64,000 nt of DNA, taken from NCBI GenBank assembly GCA_963666285.1, contig OY762711.1. One strand, written 5' to 3'. Shown piece by piece: positions 13,587 through 22,376 of the stretch. The stretch is from Sedimentisphaerales bacterium. Its GTDB lineage: Bacteria > Planctomycetota > Phycisphaerae > Sedimentisphaerales > SM23-30. The translations under genes and the position numbers were made by a program. Within the stretch, counting starts at the first letter, position 1. Each line of letters opens with the position of its first letter. The notes under the pieces were generated by a model, which saw only the letters and a list, made by a program, of their open reading frames with translations, searched no databases and had not been told where the DNA came from.

Positions 13587-13747
13587 GGTGACCACTGGAA
13601 ATTGCTTCTGATGCGATAGTTTAAGATTTTGGTTGCTGACAAGGAACATAAAATCGTGCATATTGTGCTATATTCACTGTTTTATGTGACGCATGTCAGC
13701 AGGCAAAAGTAAAACTAGTCGCTCAAAATGAATTTTAAGTGGTTGCC
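13587..13747 (-). mobile_element. 161-bp palindromic MITE-like element, copy 1 (inverted relative to copies 2 and 3)
   Basis: Reverse complement matches 43767-43927 at 149/161 positions ungapped (hand count); GG...CC ends; flanked by AATATA on both sides. Confidence 0.85.
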
Positions 13748-13814
13748 AATATACAGAGTACTATCGCACATAGAGAGAAAAGAAAATATTACCCTATCAG
13801 TCAAGGAAATCCTG

Positions 13815-16754
13815 ATGTGTCAGTTACCGTTGAGGAAATTAGTTATTGTTTCTGCTTTTGCAGCTTATATATGTTTATCATCAATTGCTTTAGCAGATGT
13901 TGTCTGGTCCGATGAATTTGATGGTGATACTATTGATTTAAACAAATGGACCTATGATGTTGGTACCGGCAGCTGGGGTTGGGGCAACGGAGAACTGGAA
14001 AATTACACAGCACGCTCTGAAAATGCATATATTGAAGATGGCAGCCTTGTAATCGAGGCCAGGCGCGAAAATTATAATGGCAGCTCTTTTACTTCGGCTC
14101 GCCTCAAAACCATTGGCCGTATGTCTTTTACCTATGGTACCCTTGAAGCAAGAATAAAAATACCAGACCTTGCAAACGGTCTCTGGCCGGCATTCTGGCT
14201 GCTTGGGGACAATATTGGATCACAGGGATGGCCGAAATGTGGTGAGGTTGATATTCTTGAAATGGGCATGGCCGAAGCAATTTCTGCCGGCACGCAAAAT
14301 AAACGACATAATTCTGGTGCGTTCTGGGACTATCAGGACAATCTTGCCAATTATGCTCTGGCTGTAAATGCCCCGGCTGTTCTTAACGATGATTATCATC
14401 TATACAAGCTTGAATGGTCTCCAAATGCTTTAATTGCATATGTTGATAATGTTCAGTGTTGGGCAATGACAATAAATAATCCGGAATCGAGCAGCCTTGA
14501 AGAATTTCACAGGCCTATGCATATACTGCTAAATCTTGCTGTTGGCGGTCAGAACTTTGTTGATATAACTGACCCTGCAGCAATAACGGCTCCATTGCCT
14601 GCCAGGATGTATATTGACTGGGTTAGGCTTTCTGATAATGGTTTTACTCAGCTGCAAACAGACAATACTGTGGAACATGGCAATTTTGGAATCTTTACCG
14701 AAACTACTTCTGTCGAAAATCAGGTTAATTACGGTACCGATGCCGATCTTTATATATGGAACAATATGAATGCTGCTGAAGATACACCTTTTGAAGGTGA
14801 TAAAGCCTGGGCATTTAGTGTTGCTGCCGGTAATTGGTGGGGGATGGGCGTTGCATGCTCGGTTGACCGCAATATGAATAATTATTCTGATGGTTATCTT
14901 CATCTGAATATGAAAACTGCTTCAACCCAAACATTCAGGATTGGCATTAGCAGTACTGCTGCCGGAGAAGGATGGCTGAGTTTCGTTGATGGTGCTGAGC
15001 AGTTCGGTTTGGTTCGCGATGGTAGCTGGCATGAAGTACTTATTCCGTTGAATCGGTTCGCCAATGTTGACTTTCCTACTATTAACCAGCTTTTCATGAT
15101 CGCCGGTGATAGCGGCTCGGCATTTGATATCGCTTTTGATAATGTTTACTGGAGTGAAAGTCTGCCGCGGCCGGTACCGGCAAACGGCAGTTATGGTATT
15201 TTCACCGAAAATTCTGGGCATCAGGATGCAGGGGCCTTTGAACTTGGGTCTGATGGCAATTTCTTTATCTGGGAAAACACTCTCGTTGCTGCTTCCGGTT
15301 CTCCTTTCGATGGTGAAAATTCCATTGCCTTGCAGTCAGCTCCGGGGCTCAGTTGGTTTGGGGCTGCTTTTACTGCCAATATCAAACACAATTTGACCGC
15401 ATTTCGCTATCCGGAAAGTCGCCTGCATTTTGCTATGAAAACCAGTTCTACCGCTTCCTTCCAGGTTGGAATCAAAAGTGGCAATGTCGATGATATCGGT
15501 CAAAAATGGATTACTTTCCAGAATGGTAACGACCCGTACGGATTCGCCAGGGATGGCAATTGGCATGAAATAGATATTCCAATGTCTGATATTGCCGGTG
15601 ATGTGGATCTTTCTCAGGTTAGCCAGATTTTTGAAATTCTCGGCGTCTCTGGCCCTATCGGTGCATTCGAAATTGATGATATATGTTTTACTGGTGGTGG
15701 CGAACCGATTCTGGATGATTCCGAATCTAATAGATTGCCAACTGTTTCTATTACCTGTCCCATCGACAATGCAGTATTTGCTCCTGCTTCTGATATAATT
15801 ATTAATGCTTCGGCAAGCGATATCGACGGCGTTGTGACTAAGGTGGAATTCTATGAAGGGGACAAATTACTGGCAGCTGATTATACCGAACCCTATTCTT
15901 TTACATGGCAGAATGTTGTTGAAGGTACCTATACAATTACTGCAAAGGCAACTGATGATGAAGATGCTGTAACGACTTCATCTTCTGTTAGAGTTTTCGT
16001 TGGAAATCAAGAATTGGCTGCTATTGAAATTTCACCTTTGCACTGTTCGCTTTCTGTTGGAGATACTGAGCAGTTTACGGCATCGGGACTCGATCAGTAT
16101 AATTTGCCTGTTGCTGCTGATATTGCCTGGTCTGTTTCTGGTGGTGGTTCGATAGATAATGATGGTTTGTTTACCGCTTCTTATCCCGGCGGACCTTTTG
16201 TGATCACTGCAAAATCTGGTAGTGTTACTGCTAATGTAAATGTTACTGTTTCTATGCCGGCCGGGGTATGTACCGGTGGACCGGCAAACGGTGATTATAC
16301 TTATGAAGTTAGTGGAGATAATGAAAACCCGACTTTTACTTTTATTCCTGGCTATACCGGTGTTGGCGACAGCCTTGTGCTTCTTTATTACGGTAATACA
16401 CAGAATGGAGTTTTCCCTGGTGTATTCGTTAAGCCTAACAAGCCTTATTCTCTTACTGCTGCCGAAGGAGAGACTGTCTATTTCTACTATACCTACAGTG
16501 TTCCCGAGGGTGGTCAGCGAAATACATCCAATGAACGTCATTTCATAACTGTCGGCCAGTGTGGCGGCGCTGTTTCTGGTGATATTACTGGCGATGGATA
16601 TATTGATCTGGATGATCTTGGCATGCTGGCTTATTACTGGCTCAGGTCGGATTGTAACATAAATAATGATTATTGTCTCGGTGCTGATACTCAACCGGAC
16701 AGCAAAGTTAACCTGTTGGATTTGGCTTCTATTTCTGCTGCCTGGCTTCAATAA
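13815..16754 (+). CDS. Secreted multidomain GH16 beta-glucanase (laminarinase-like) with two tandem CBM-like repeats, Ig domains and C-terminal dockerin-like pair
   Basis: WSDEF, WGNGELENY, GLWPAFW, GEVDILE (ExDxxE); signal peptide from ATG 13815 (RBS AAGGA). The track start 13728 lies inside the MITE. Confidence 0.88.
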   Translation: MCQLPLRKLVIVSAFAAYICLSSIALADVVWSDEFDGDTIDLNKWTYDVGTGSWGWGNGELENYTARSENAYIEDGSLVIEARRENYNGSSFTSARLKTIGRMSFTYGTLEARIKIPDLANGLWPAFWLLGDNIGSQGWPKCGEVDILEMGMAEAISAGTQNKRHNSGAFWDYQDNLANYALAVNAPAVLNDDYHLYKLEWSPNALIAYVDNVQCWAMTINNPESSSLEEFHRPMHILLNLAVGGQNFVDITDPAAITAPLPARMYIDWVRLSDNGFTQLQTDNTVEHGNFGIFTETTSVENQVNYGTDADLYIWNNMNAAEDTPFEGDKAWAFSVAAGNWWGMGVACSVDRNMNNYSDGYLHLNMKTASTQTFRIGISSTAAGEGWLSFVDGAEQFGLVRDGSWHEVLIPLNRFANVDFPTINQLFMIAGDSGSAFDIAFDNVYWSESLPRPVPANGSYGIFTENSGHQDAGAFELGSDGNFFIWENTLVAASGSPFDGENSIALQSAPGLSWFGAAFTANIKHNLTAFRYPESRLHFAMKTSSTASFQVGIKSGNVDDIGQKWITFQNGNDPYGFARDGNWHEIDIPMSDIAGDVDLSQVSQIFEILGVSGPIGAFEIDDICFTGGGEPILDDSESNRLPTVSITCPIDNAVFAPASDIIINASASDIDGVVTKVEFYEGDKLLAADYTEPYSFTWQNVVEGTYTITAKATDDEDAVTTSSSVRVFVGNQELAAIEISPLHCSLSVGDTEQFTASGLDQYNLPVAADIAWSVSGGGSIDNDGLFTASYPGGPFVITAKSGSVTANVNVTVSMPAGVCTGGPANGDYTYEVSGDNENPTFTFIPGYTGVGDSLVLLYYGNTQNGVFPGVFVKPNKPYSLTAAEGETVYFYYTYSVPEGGQRNTSNERHFITVGQCGGAVSGDITGDGYIDLDDLGMLAYYWLRSDCNINNDYCLGADTQPDSKVNLLDLASISAAWLQ

Positions 16755-17081
16755 CTGGAATTTGTCAGAAAACTTCCTTTTATCCATATCCTGCTCAATC
16801 TAAACCTTTTCTTCCGTAAGTCATTGGATTTTTTGTGTTTATGCCAGTTGTCTACGGCTTTTGCTCTACCTTGATTTCTTTTTTCGATTTTTCAGGTGCA
16901 TTTTTCTACATTTAGCGCAGATACACTATATAGAGAGAGATTATATGTGTGATTATTGGACCTGTCGCTGGAGCTCCATATCAACTGCATATAGTCTATT
17001 CTTTATTATCATGCCGTATTTGGATATTTGTATCTTTCATATTGAAATAAAGCTGAAGAGATTTTGGAAAGGTTAGAAGAG

Positions 17082-20000
17082 ATGAATTATATCAGAAATG
17101 TATTGGCCGTTGCGCTCGTTTCAGGATTTTTCCTGTTAAGTACGGCAATGGGAGCTATTACGTATATTGATGCTGAGCTTGGTAATACCACAGTTAATGG
17201 TGAAGCTCTTTCTAAAGGTGTAAATTATTCTACCAGCTACGCTGATATTGATAATTTGTGGGGGTGGCGTACTAATCGAACAGATGTTAATGGTGCTGGT
17301 GTATGGGTAAGTGACGGTGGTTCTGATGGTAGTGTGTCTGATCGGGAAAATACCGAACCTCTTAAAATTAATATTTCTCTTCCGCAGCCGGGAATCTATA
17401 AACTTTATGCTATTATTATGAACAATAACAGCGGTTCAGGCCATTGGGATGTTGCCGCTCGCATTGGTGATTCTGGTTACTTTTCTTCTTATAATAAATA
17501 CAATGATGCTGTATCTAAGGCAATTGCGTCTGACTTTATCGGCACTGTAAAAGTTTCCGGCAGTGGTGATATGACTTTCAAAGTTATGATTGGTACATAT
17601 TCTGCACATACCGCTAATGAGATTGTTAGTATATATATAAATGGATTGGACGGCTGGGACACTCAGACCGGGCTGGACCAGAGAACTCGCTTTGATGGCT
17701 TAGGCTATGAGAAAGTTTCTGATTTGCAGCCGTTCGCTCAAAATGTATTTCCTGCTGATGGCACAAATGATGTGTTAAGTGTTAATCCGGTACTGCAATG
17801 GCTGGCTGGTAACGATGCTGCCGGTCATAATGTCTATCTAAGCACTGATATGGATTCTGTTGAATTTCGTAGTGATATAAATGCAAGTACTGTTGTTGAT
17901 ATGGCGGATCTTGCTTTATTGGCTTCTGATTGGCAGAAAAGCTCAGCTCTGGCTTCCGGCTCTTCAGATTTAGATCAATCAGGTACTATCGATATTGGTG
18001 ATCTTTCCGTTCTGGCAGTTGACTGGCTTGCATCCGCCGGGATTACCTTAAAAGGTTCATTCCCTTTAGCAACAAATACTTTTGATGCCGGTCTGCTTTC
18101 TCCCGACCAGACTTATTACTGGCGAATCGATGAAGTTGGCAGTCAGGATATTACAAAGGGTGATATCTGGGAATTCAAAACTTTCAAAGGTGATGGTTTA
18201 ACAGCATATATATATGATGATATGTACCTGAGTGACTTAAAGGTTACTCGGGTTGATAGCCGGGTTAGTTTTAACTGGGCCCAGGGGTCGCCCGATCCGT
18301 CTGTTGATAGCGAAACTTTTTCAATTGCCTGGAAAGGCGGAGTTATTGTCCCGGAAGAAGGTGAATATACTTTTTATACTAATTCGGATGACGGATTAAG
18401 GCTTTATGTTAATGATTTGCTTATTATTGATCACTGGTCTGGTCAAAGCCTGACCGAACACAGCGGCAATGTTTTTCTCAGGCCGGGAACAGTCTATCCT
18501 ATTCGCCTCGAATATTATGATAACACTGGTTCTGCTGCTATGTATTTGTCATGGTCTGGACCTGGCATAACCAAGCAGATTATTCCTTCTGAATACCTCG
18601 CTTCAACAGTAGCTGAAGTTCGGCCAAATGATATGTGGGTCATCGATTTGGGGTCGATGCCTACTGCGATGCGTTTTACCGCTCTCACCTTGCAAGGTCT
18701 GGTAGCAAAAGATAAGCCTGAGATTCTTGTCAAGCAGGGCGGTTTGACAAGTTATATCAGGACTCAAATGGAGCAGGAGGGAACTGTTTTTCATGACAAC
18801 ACCTCGGTATGGTGGCTCTTGAATAAATACAGAGACTATATTGATGGTATTGTTGTTTGCAGTTCGGACTTGAACAGTATAAACTGCGCCACATCTCTTT
18901 GCGGCCCGATGCGTGCGATTGGTGTATATGCATCTAATCTTGAAGCAGTCCAGGCTCGTACCGGATTACCTGTTCTGGCTGATGTTCAGGGTCTCTCTGA
19001 AGCTGATATTTTTGAAACTTATAAAGACCTATTTGATAAGGAAGTGCTTGTTGATGTCAACAAGATTGATTTCCTGCGAGATATTTCAATCACTCGAAAT
19101 GCATTCACCTTTTATAATGTTGAATCTGCTGCTCGCAGGCAATATATTGCTGATCTAACTTCTCAGGGACTTGTTCTGGGTTGGGGCAGCAACGCCGAGT
19201 ATAACTGGATAAAAGATGTCAGCTCTGCTAATGCAGCTGGTGTCCCTGCTGACTGGTGTAAGAATCTTTCTACCCTGTCAAAACTTAAAACTTCGATTCC
19301 AAAGCCGCCGCGTAGGTATCCTGAACCGGTTAAAGATGGTGAACGAATTATCGCTTTCTCGATGAGTGATGGTGATAATCTGCAAATTATGGCTGGTGGC
19401 GCTATAAATGATAATATTTTCTTTGGTAACGAACATCGCGGTTCATTCCCAATGTCGTGGGAATTCCCGCCTTCTATGGGATATTTTGTTCCAAGAGGTG
19501 TTCGCAGTTTCTATGGCGAAGCAACTACTGGCGAAAATCTTGATTGCTTTATTGCCGGGCCGAGTGGTGCCGGTTATGCTTTCCACTGCTATATGCCGGG
19601 TAGTCATACATTTGCAAAAAATACCGGCCAATCTATGAAATTATGTGGTCTTACTGTTGCTTCTCTTATCAATGATAATAGTGGTAGCATGGCTGATACT
19701 GACCAGTTCCTTGAACGACCTGAAATAATGGGTGTTGTTTATAAGGACTGGGTTCCTTATAACAGGCGAAACGGTGCCATATACTGGCACAACGGAAAAC
19801 CATGCGTCTCTTACAAGTTTTTGTTGTGGGGCGGCACGGTTGGCGATCCATCTAACTTAGGTGACTGGGAAACAGTTTCCGAAGGGATTGCCGCCATGCC
19901 ATCTTCTCCTGCAACTGATCAGGGCAGTTATGCCCTCATAAATGCTAATGCCTGGTCTTTCGGCGATTATGGCGGTCCGATGCAGGCTATTGTTAACACA

Positions 20001-20111
20001 ATTGAATTGTTACCGGAAAATACCAGGTTAGTTACCGTCGAAGAGCTTATTATTCTTCTTCGCAATAACTTCGGTGACTCAATTACGGAAGAGGAATATT
20101 TGGGTATGTAA
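17082..20111 (+). CDS. Secreted GxGYxYP-family putative glycoside hydrolase with FN3-like, dockerin-like and PA14 domains
   Basis: Signal peptide; PA14 (NSDDGLRLYVN, IRLEYY, LSWSGPG); TLQGLVAK, SMSDGDN, GPSGAGY. Confidence 0.72.
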   Translation: MNYIRNVLAVALVSGFFLLSTAMGAITYIDAELGNTTVNGEALSKGVNYSTSYADIDNLWGWRTNRTDVNGAGVWVSDGGSDGSVSDRENTEPLKINISLPQPGIYKLYAIIMNNNSGSGHWDVAARIGDSGYFSSYNKYNDAVSKAIASDFIGTVKVSGSGDMTFKVMIGTYSAHTANEIVSIYINGLDGWDTQTGLDQRTRFDGLGYEKVSDLQPFAQNVFPADGTNDVLSVNPVLQWLAGNDAAGHNVYLSTDMDSVEFRSDINASTVVDMADLALLASDWQKSSALASGSSDLDQSGTIDIGDLSVLAVDWLASAGITLKGSFPLATNTFDAGLLSPDQTYYWRIDEVGSQDITKGDIWEFKTFKGDGLTAYIYDDMYLSDLKVTRVDSRVSFNWAQGSPDPSVDSETFSIAWKGGVIVPEEGEYTFYTNSDDGLRLYVNDLLIIDHWSGQSLTEHSGNVFLRPGTVYPIRLEYYDNTGSAAMYLSWSGPGITKQIIPSEYLASTVAEVRPNDMWVIDLGSMPTAMRFTALTLQGLVAKDKPEILVKQGGLTSYIRTQMEQEGTVFHDNTSVWWLLNKYRDYIDGIVVCSSDLNSINCATSLCGPMRAIGVYASNLEAVQARTGLPVLADVQGLSEADIFETYKDLFDKEVLVDVNKIDFLRDISITRNAFTFYNVESAARRQYIADLTSQGLVLGWGSNAEYNWIKDVSSANAAGVPADWCKNLSTLSKLKTSIPKPPRRYPEPVKDGERIIAFSMSDGDNLQIMAGGAINDNIFFGNEHRGSFPMSWEFPPSMGYFVPRGVRSFYGEATTGENLDCFIAGPSGAGYAFHCYMPGSHTFAKNTGQSMKLCGLTVASLINDNSGSMADTDQFLERPEIMGVVYKDWVPYNRRNGAIYWHNGKPCVSYKFLLWGGTVGDPSNLGDWETVSEGIAAMPSSPATDQGSYALINANAWSFGDYGGPMQAIVNTIELLPENTRLVTVEELIILLRNNFGDSITEEEYLGM

Positions 20112-20181
20112 TTTTAGCAAAGGTTTTTTGTAATCGCCAATTTAAATAGTACCACACATTATTTTAGCGACTACAATACTG

Positions 20182-20217
20182 GCGAGGTAATGGATACGTT
20201 CATGCCTCGCTTTTTTT
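20182..20217 (+). terminator. Rho-independent terminator
   Basis: GCGAGG...CCTCGC stem followed by T7. Confidence 0.7.
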
Positions 20218-20321
20218 ATTAATTTACCATCTTTTTCTTCATTGACATTTTTGCTGTAATTAGTATTTTAGTATTACAGTATCGTAGTATCGTACAGTAA
20301 TATTTGAACAATAAACTTTAT

Positions 20322-20349
20322 TTGACTTAAATTTTATTATATTTATACT
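20322..20349 (+). promoter_or_regulatory. Sigma-70-type promoter of the tRNA
   Basis: TTGACT-16 bp-TATACT, about 35 bp upstream of the tRNA. Confidence 0.55.
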
Positions 20350-20384
20350 GTCAAGTCTATTAATTTTGAACACAAGTATTATTT

Positions 20385-20458
20385 GCGTCAGTAGCTCAGC
20401 TGGATAGAGTACCGGATTTCTAATCCGGCGGTCACAGGTTCGAATTCTGTCTGACGTG
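20385..20458 (+). tRNA. tRNA-Arg (anticodon TCT), CCA not encoded
   Basis: Acceptor GCGTCAG/CTGACGT, D-arm GCTC-AGCTGGATA-GAGT, anticodon arm CCGGA-TTTCTAA-TCCGG, T-loop GGTTCGAAT. Confidence 0.96.
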
Positions 20459-20465
20459 TTTCATC

Positions 20466-20521
20466 AAAGCCCTGTTTTTGACCTAAAATCGCTGATTTTG
20501 GTTCAGAGTCAGGGCTTTTTT
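20466..20521 (+). terminator. Long hairpin terminator after the tRNA
   Basis: AAAGCCCTG...TGACCTAAAATC-gct-GATTTTGGTTCA...CAGGGCTTTTTT. Confidence 0.7.
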
Positions 20522-21026
20522 AATATCAATTATTCAGTTTTTATTGAGCGTTGTTTATATTTAAGACGAAGTTTTCGTCGTTGTTAAGTTTTATCGAGAG
20601 CTGGTTTTTGCTGGTTCTCATTTTTTGTCGGCTCTCTACTGTTGGACGGTATGTCGAAAGTGCGCTGATTTTTTTGGTGTGATGGTTGGCTTGGAAGTTT
20701 GTAAAGTGTTGAGGAGAAGCGGGATAATGATTTTGGAATAATTATATTTTCGCGTTTTGGTGGATGTAAAAACGCGGTGATTTTTTCAAAGAAAAAATCA
20801 AGTGAAGAATTACGGTGTTGCTTCGCGACGACTAATTGATGGGTAACGGAGGGTGTGCGGGATATATACGGGGAAACGCGGCGGGTGGACGGCGGCGAAA
20901 AGAGGTACGTATTTGAACGGTGGTGAATTGCAGGCTGCGGACAATATACGGCGGGACGTTGAATGGTTACGGCGGTATACGGCGGTATACGGACGGGAAC
21001 GGAGCGGAAACGCGACGAGCTACGCT

Positions 21027-21091
21027 AAATGAAAAATGAATAATTAAAAGTGAAAAATTAAGGTGTTCGCCTAGCGGCTCACAACTTGTTT
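21027..21091 (+). repeat. Repeat family C (purine heptamer tract + GGTGTTCGCCTAGCGGCTCAC hairpin)
   Basis: Near-identical core at 21387-21418, covarying copy at 63743-63773, degenerate copy at 20814-20832. Confidence 0.7.
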
Positions 21092-21352
21092 AAAATTAGA
21101 ACAGATGACAGTGGAACAGTAGGAAGATAAAAACGTGCTTTGCGCTCTGGCACATCATTGGAAAAGTCCAATGATGTGAAGGTAGCGTCTAACGGCGAAG
21201 CTATTTTTATGTGTTGATGTATAAGTGAAAACAATAAGCGAAGTTAAACGGGCAGGCCTCGGAGGTAATGCGGCGGGCAGGGGATTTTGAGGAATTTGGC
21301 GTAAGTTGCTTTTTTTTGAGATTGGGCGGACCAGATGCCGTGAAGCGGCATC

Positions 21353-21418
21353 AAAGTGTAAAGGGTAAAATAAAAGGTGTAAAGGAGGTGTTCGCCTGGC
21401 GGCTCACGACTTGTTTTT
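21353..21418 (+). repeat. Repeat family C copy
   Basis: AAAGTGTAAAGGGTAAAATAAAAGGTGTAAAGGA-GGTGTTCGCCTGGCGGCTCAC-GACTTGTTT. Confidence 0.7.
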
Positions 21419-21440
21419 AAGCTGACGCGTAAGGTAAGTT

Positions 21441-21490
21441 CATGCCAGAATTGAGGCATTTTAAACATGCCAGAATTGAGGCATTTTAAA
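21441..21490. repeat. Perfect 25-bp tandem duplication
   Basis: CATGCCAGAATTGAGGCATTTTAAA x2. Confidence 0.95.
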
Positions 21491-21821
21491 GATGAGAAGA
21501 GTTAGAAGAAAGAAGCGAGGAGAAAGAGTTTAAGTTCAATGAGGGGCGGCAAGCTTGGCTAAGTGAATAATTCAGGTGGCTGCATTTGCGGACGGCTTGT
21601 ATTAGTGCCGGTGTGTACGAAGGCTTATGCCTAAATTGTTGAGGCAGAAGACATTTGAAAAATCTGTTTTCTAGTTGAGGTTGTAACTGTTTTAGGGGCA
21701 AGGGGTTGCGTGGTTTAAATGTGAATTCTTGTGAATGTTTTTTAAAAATAATATTTTCTTTGCATAAATTTCCCGTTATAGAGAACTATTAAATTTAGAA
21801 GAAACTGAAAAAGGAAATTTT

Positions 21822-22373
21822 ATGTCTATTGACCAAAATCCAAAGGAAAATCCTGAAAGTGATCGCGGTGACCGTTTTATGAAGTTATATACCGCGGTAC
21901 AACGTCGTTTGTATGGTTATATAATGGCGATGGTTCCAGATGAGACAGCGGTAGAGGATATAATTCAGGAAACGGTTTCATATATGTGGAAGCATTTTGA
22001 TGATTTTGAGCCGGGAACCGATTTTGCAGCGTGGTCATTTGCGATAGCGAAATACCGGATTTTCAATTATATCAAGCAGAAGCAAAAAGATAAGAAGACG
22101 TTTAGCAATAAGACCATCCAGGCGATAGAGGATGTTGTTATTGCCAGGACACAGGAGCAGGAAGACAACCGGCTTGACAGGCTGCGTAACTGTATGAAGA
22201 AACTGTCAGATCGGGACAGGAACCTGCTATCGTTGCGATATGAAGTGAACTCGAGTGTAAAAAATATATCAGAAAGGGTAGAACAGAGCGTAAATACGCT
22301 TTATAACAGGTTGTATCGGATAAGAATCTCGCTTTTGAACTGTGTAAATAAAGGTTTTGACCGAAATTACTAA
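21822..22373 (+). CDS. ECF sigma-70 factor (Rhodopirellula/Verrucomicrobia type)
   Basis: EDIIQET...W..FDDFEPGTDFAAWS..IAKY region 2; LRNCMKKL...LRY...region 4 HTH. Confidence 0.9.
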   Translation: MSIDQNPKENPESDRGDRFMKLYTAVQRRLYGYIMAMVPDETAVEDIIQETVSYMWKHFDDFEPGTDFAAWSFAIAKYRIFNYIKQKQKDKKTFSNKTIQAIEDVVIARTQEQEDNRLDRLRNCMKKLSDRDRNLLSLRYEVNSSVKNISERVEQSVNTLYNRLYRIRISLLNCVNKGFDRNY

Positions 22374-22376
22374 TTT

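Noticed and set aside
13728..13814. Track start of the GH16 gene
   Set aside because: This ATG is inside the MITE terminal repeat; RBS and signal peptide support 13815
16032..16787. 251-aa minus-strand ORF and the many other short ORFs nested in long genes
   Set aside because: Antisense or alternate-frame shadows of well-supported CDSs
20385..20458. tRNA-Arg as attachment site of an integrated element
   Set aside because: No integrase and no duplicated tRNA 3' end found in the window
20790..21490. CRISPR array or integron attC array
   Set aside because: Repeats are few, degenerate and irregularly spaced (~250 and ~325 bp); no cas or integrase gene, no cassette ORFs, no clear attC core pair
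21244..21701. Two short minus-strand ORFs (74 and 71 aa)
   Set aside because: Overlap repeat and low-complexity DNA, no motifs, no clear RBS
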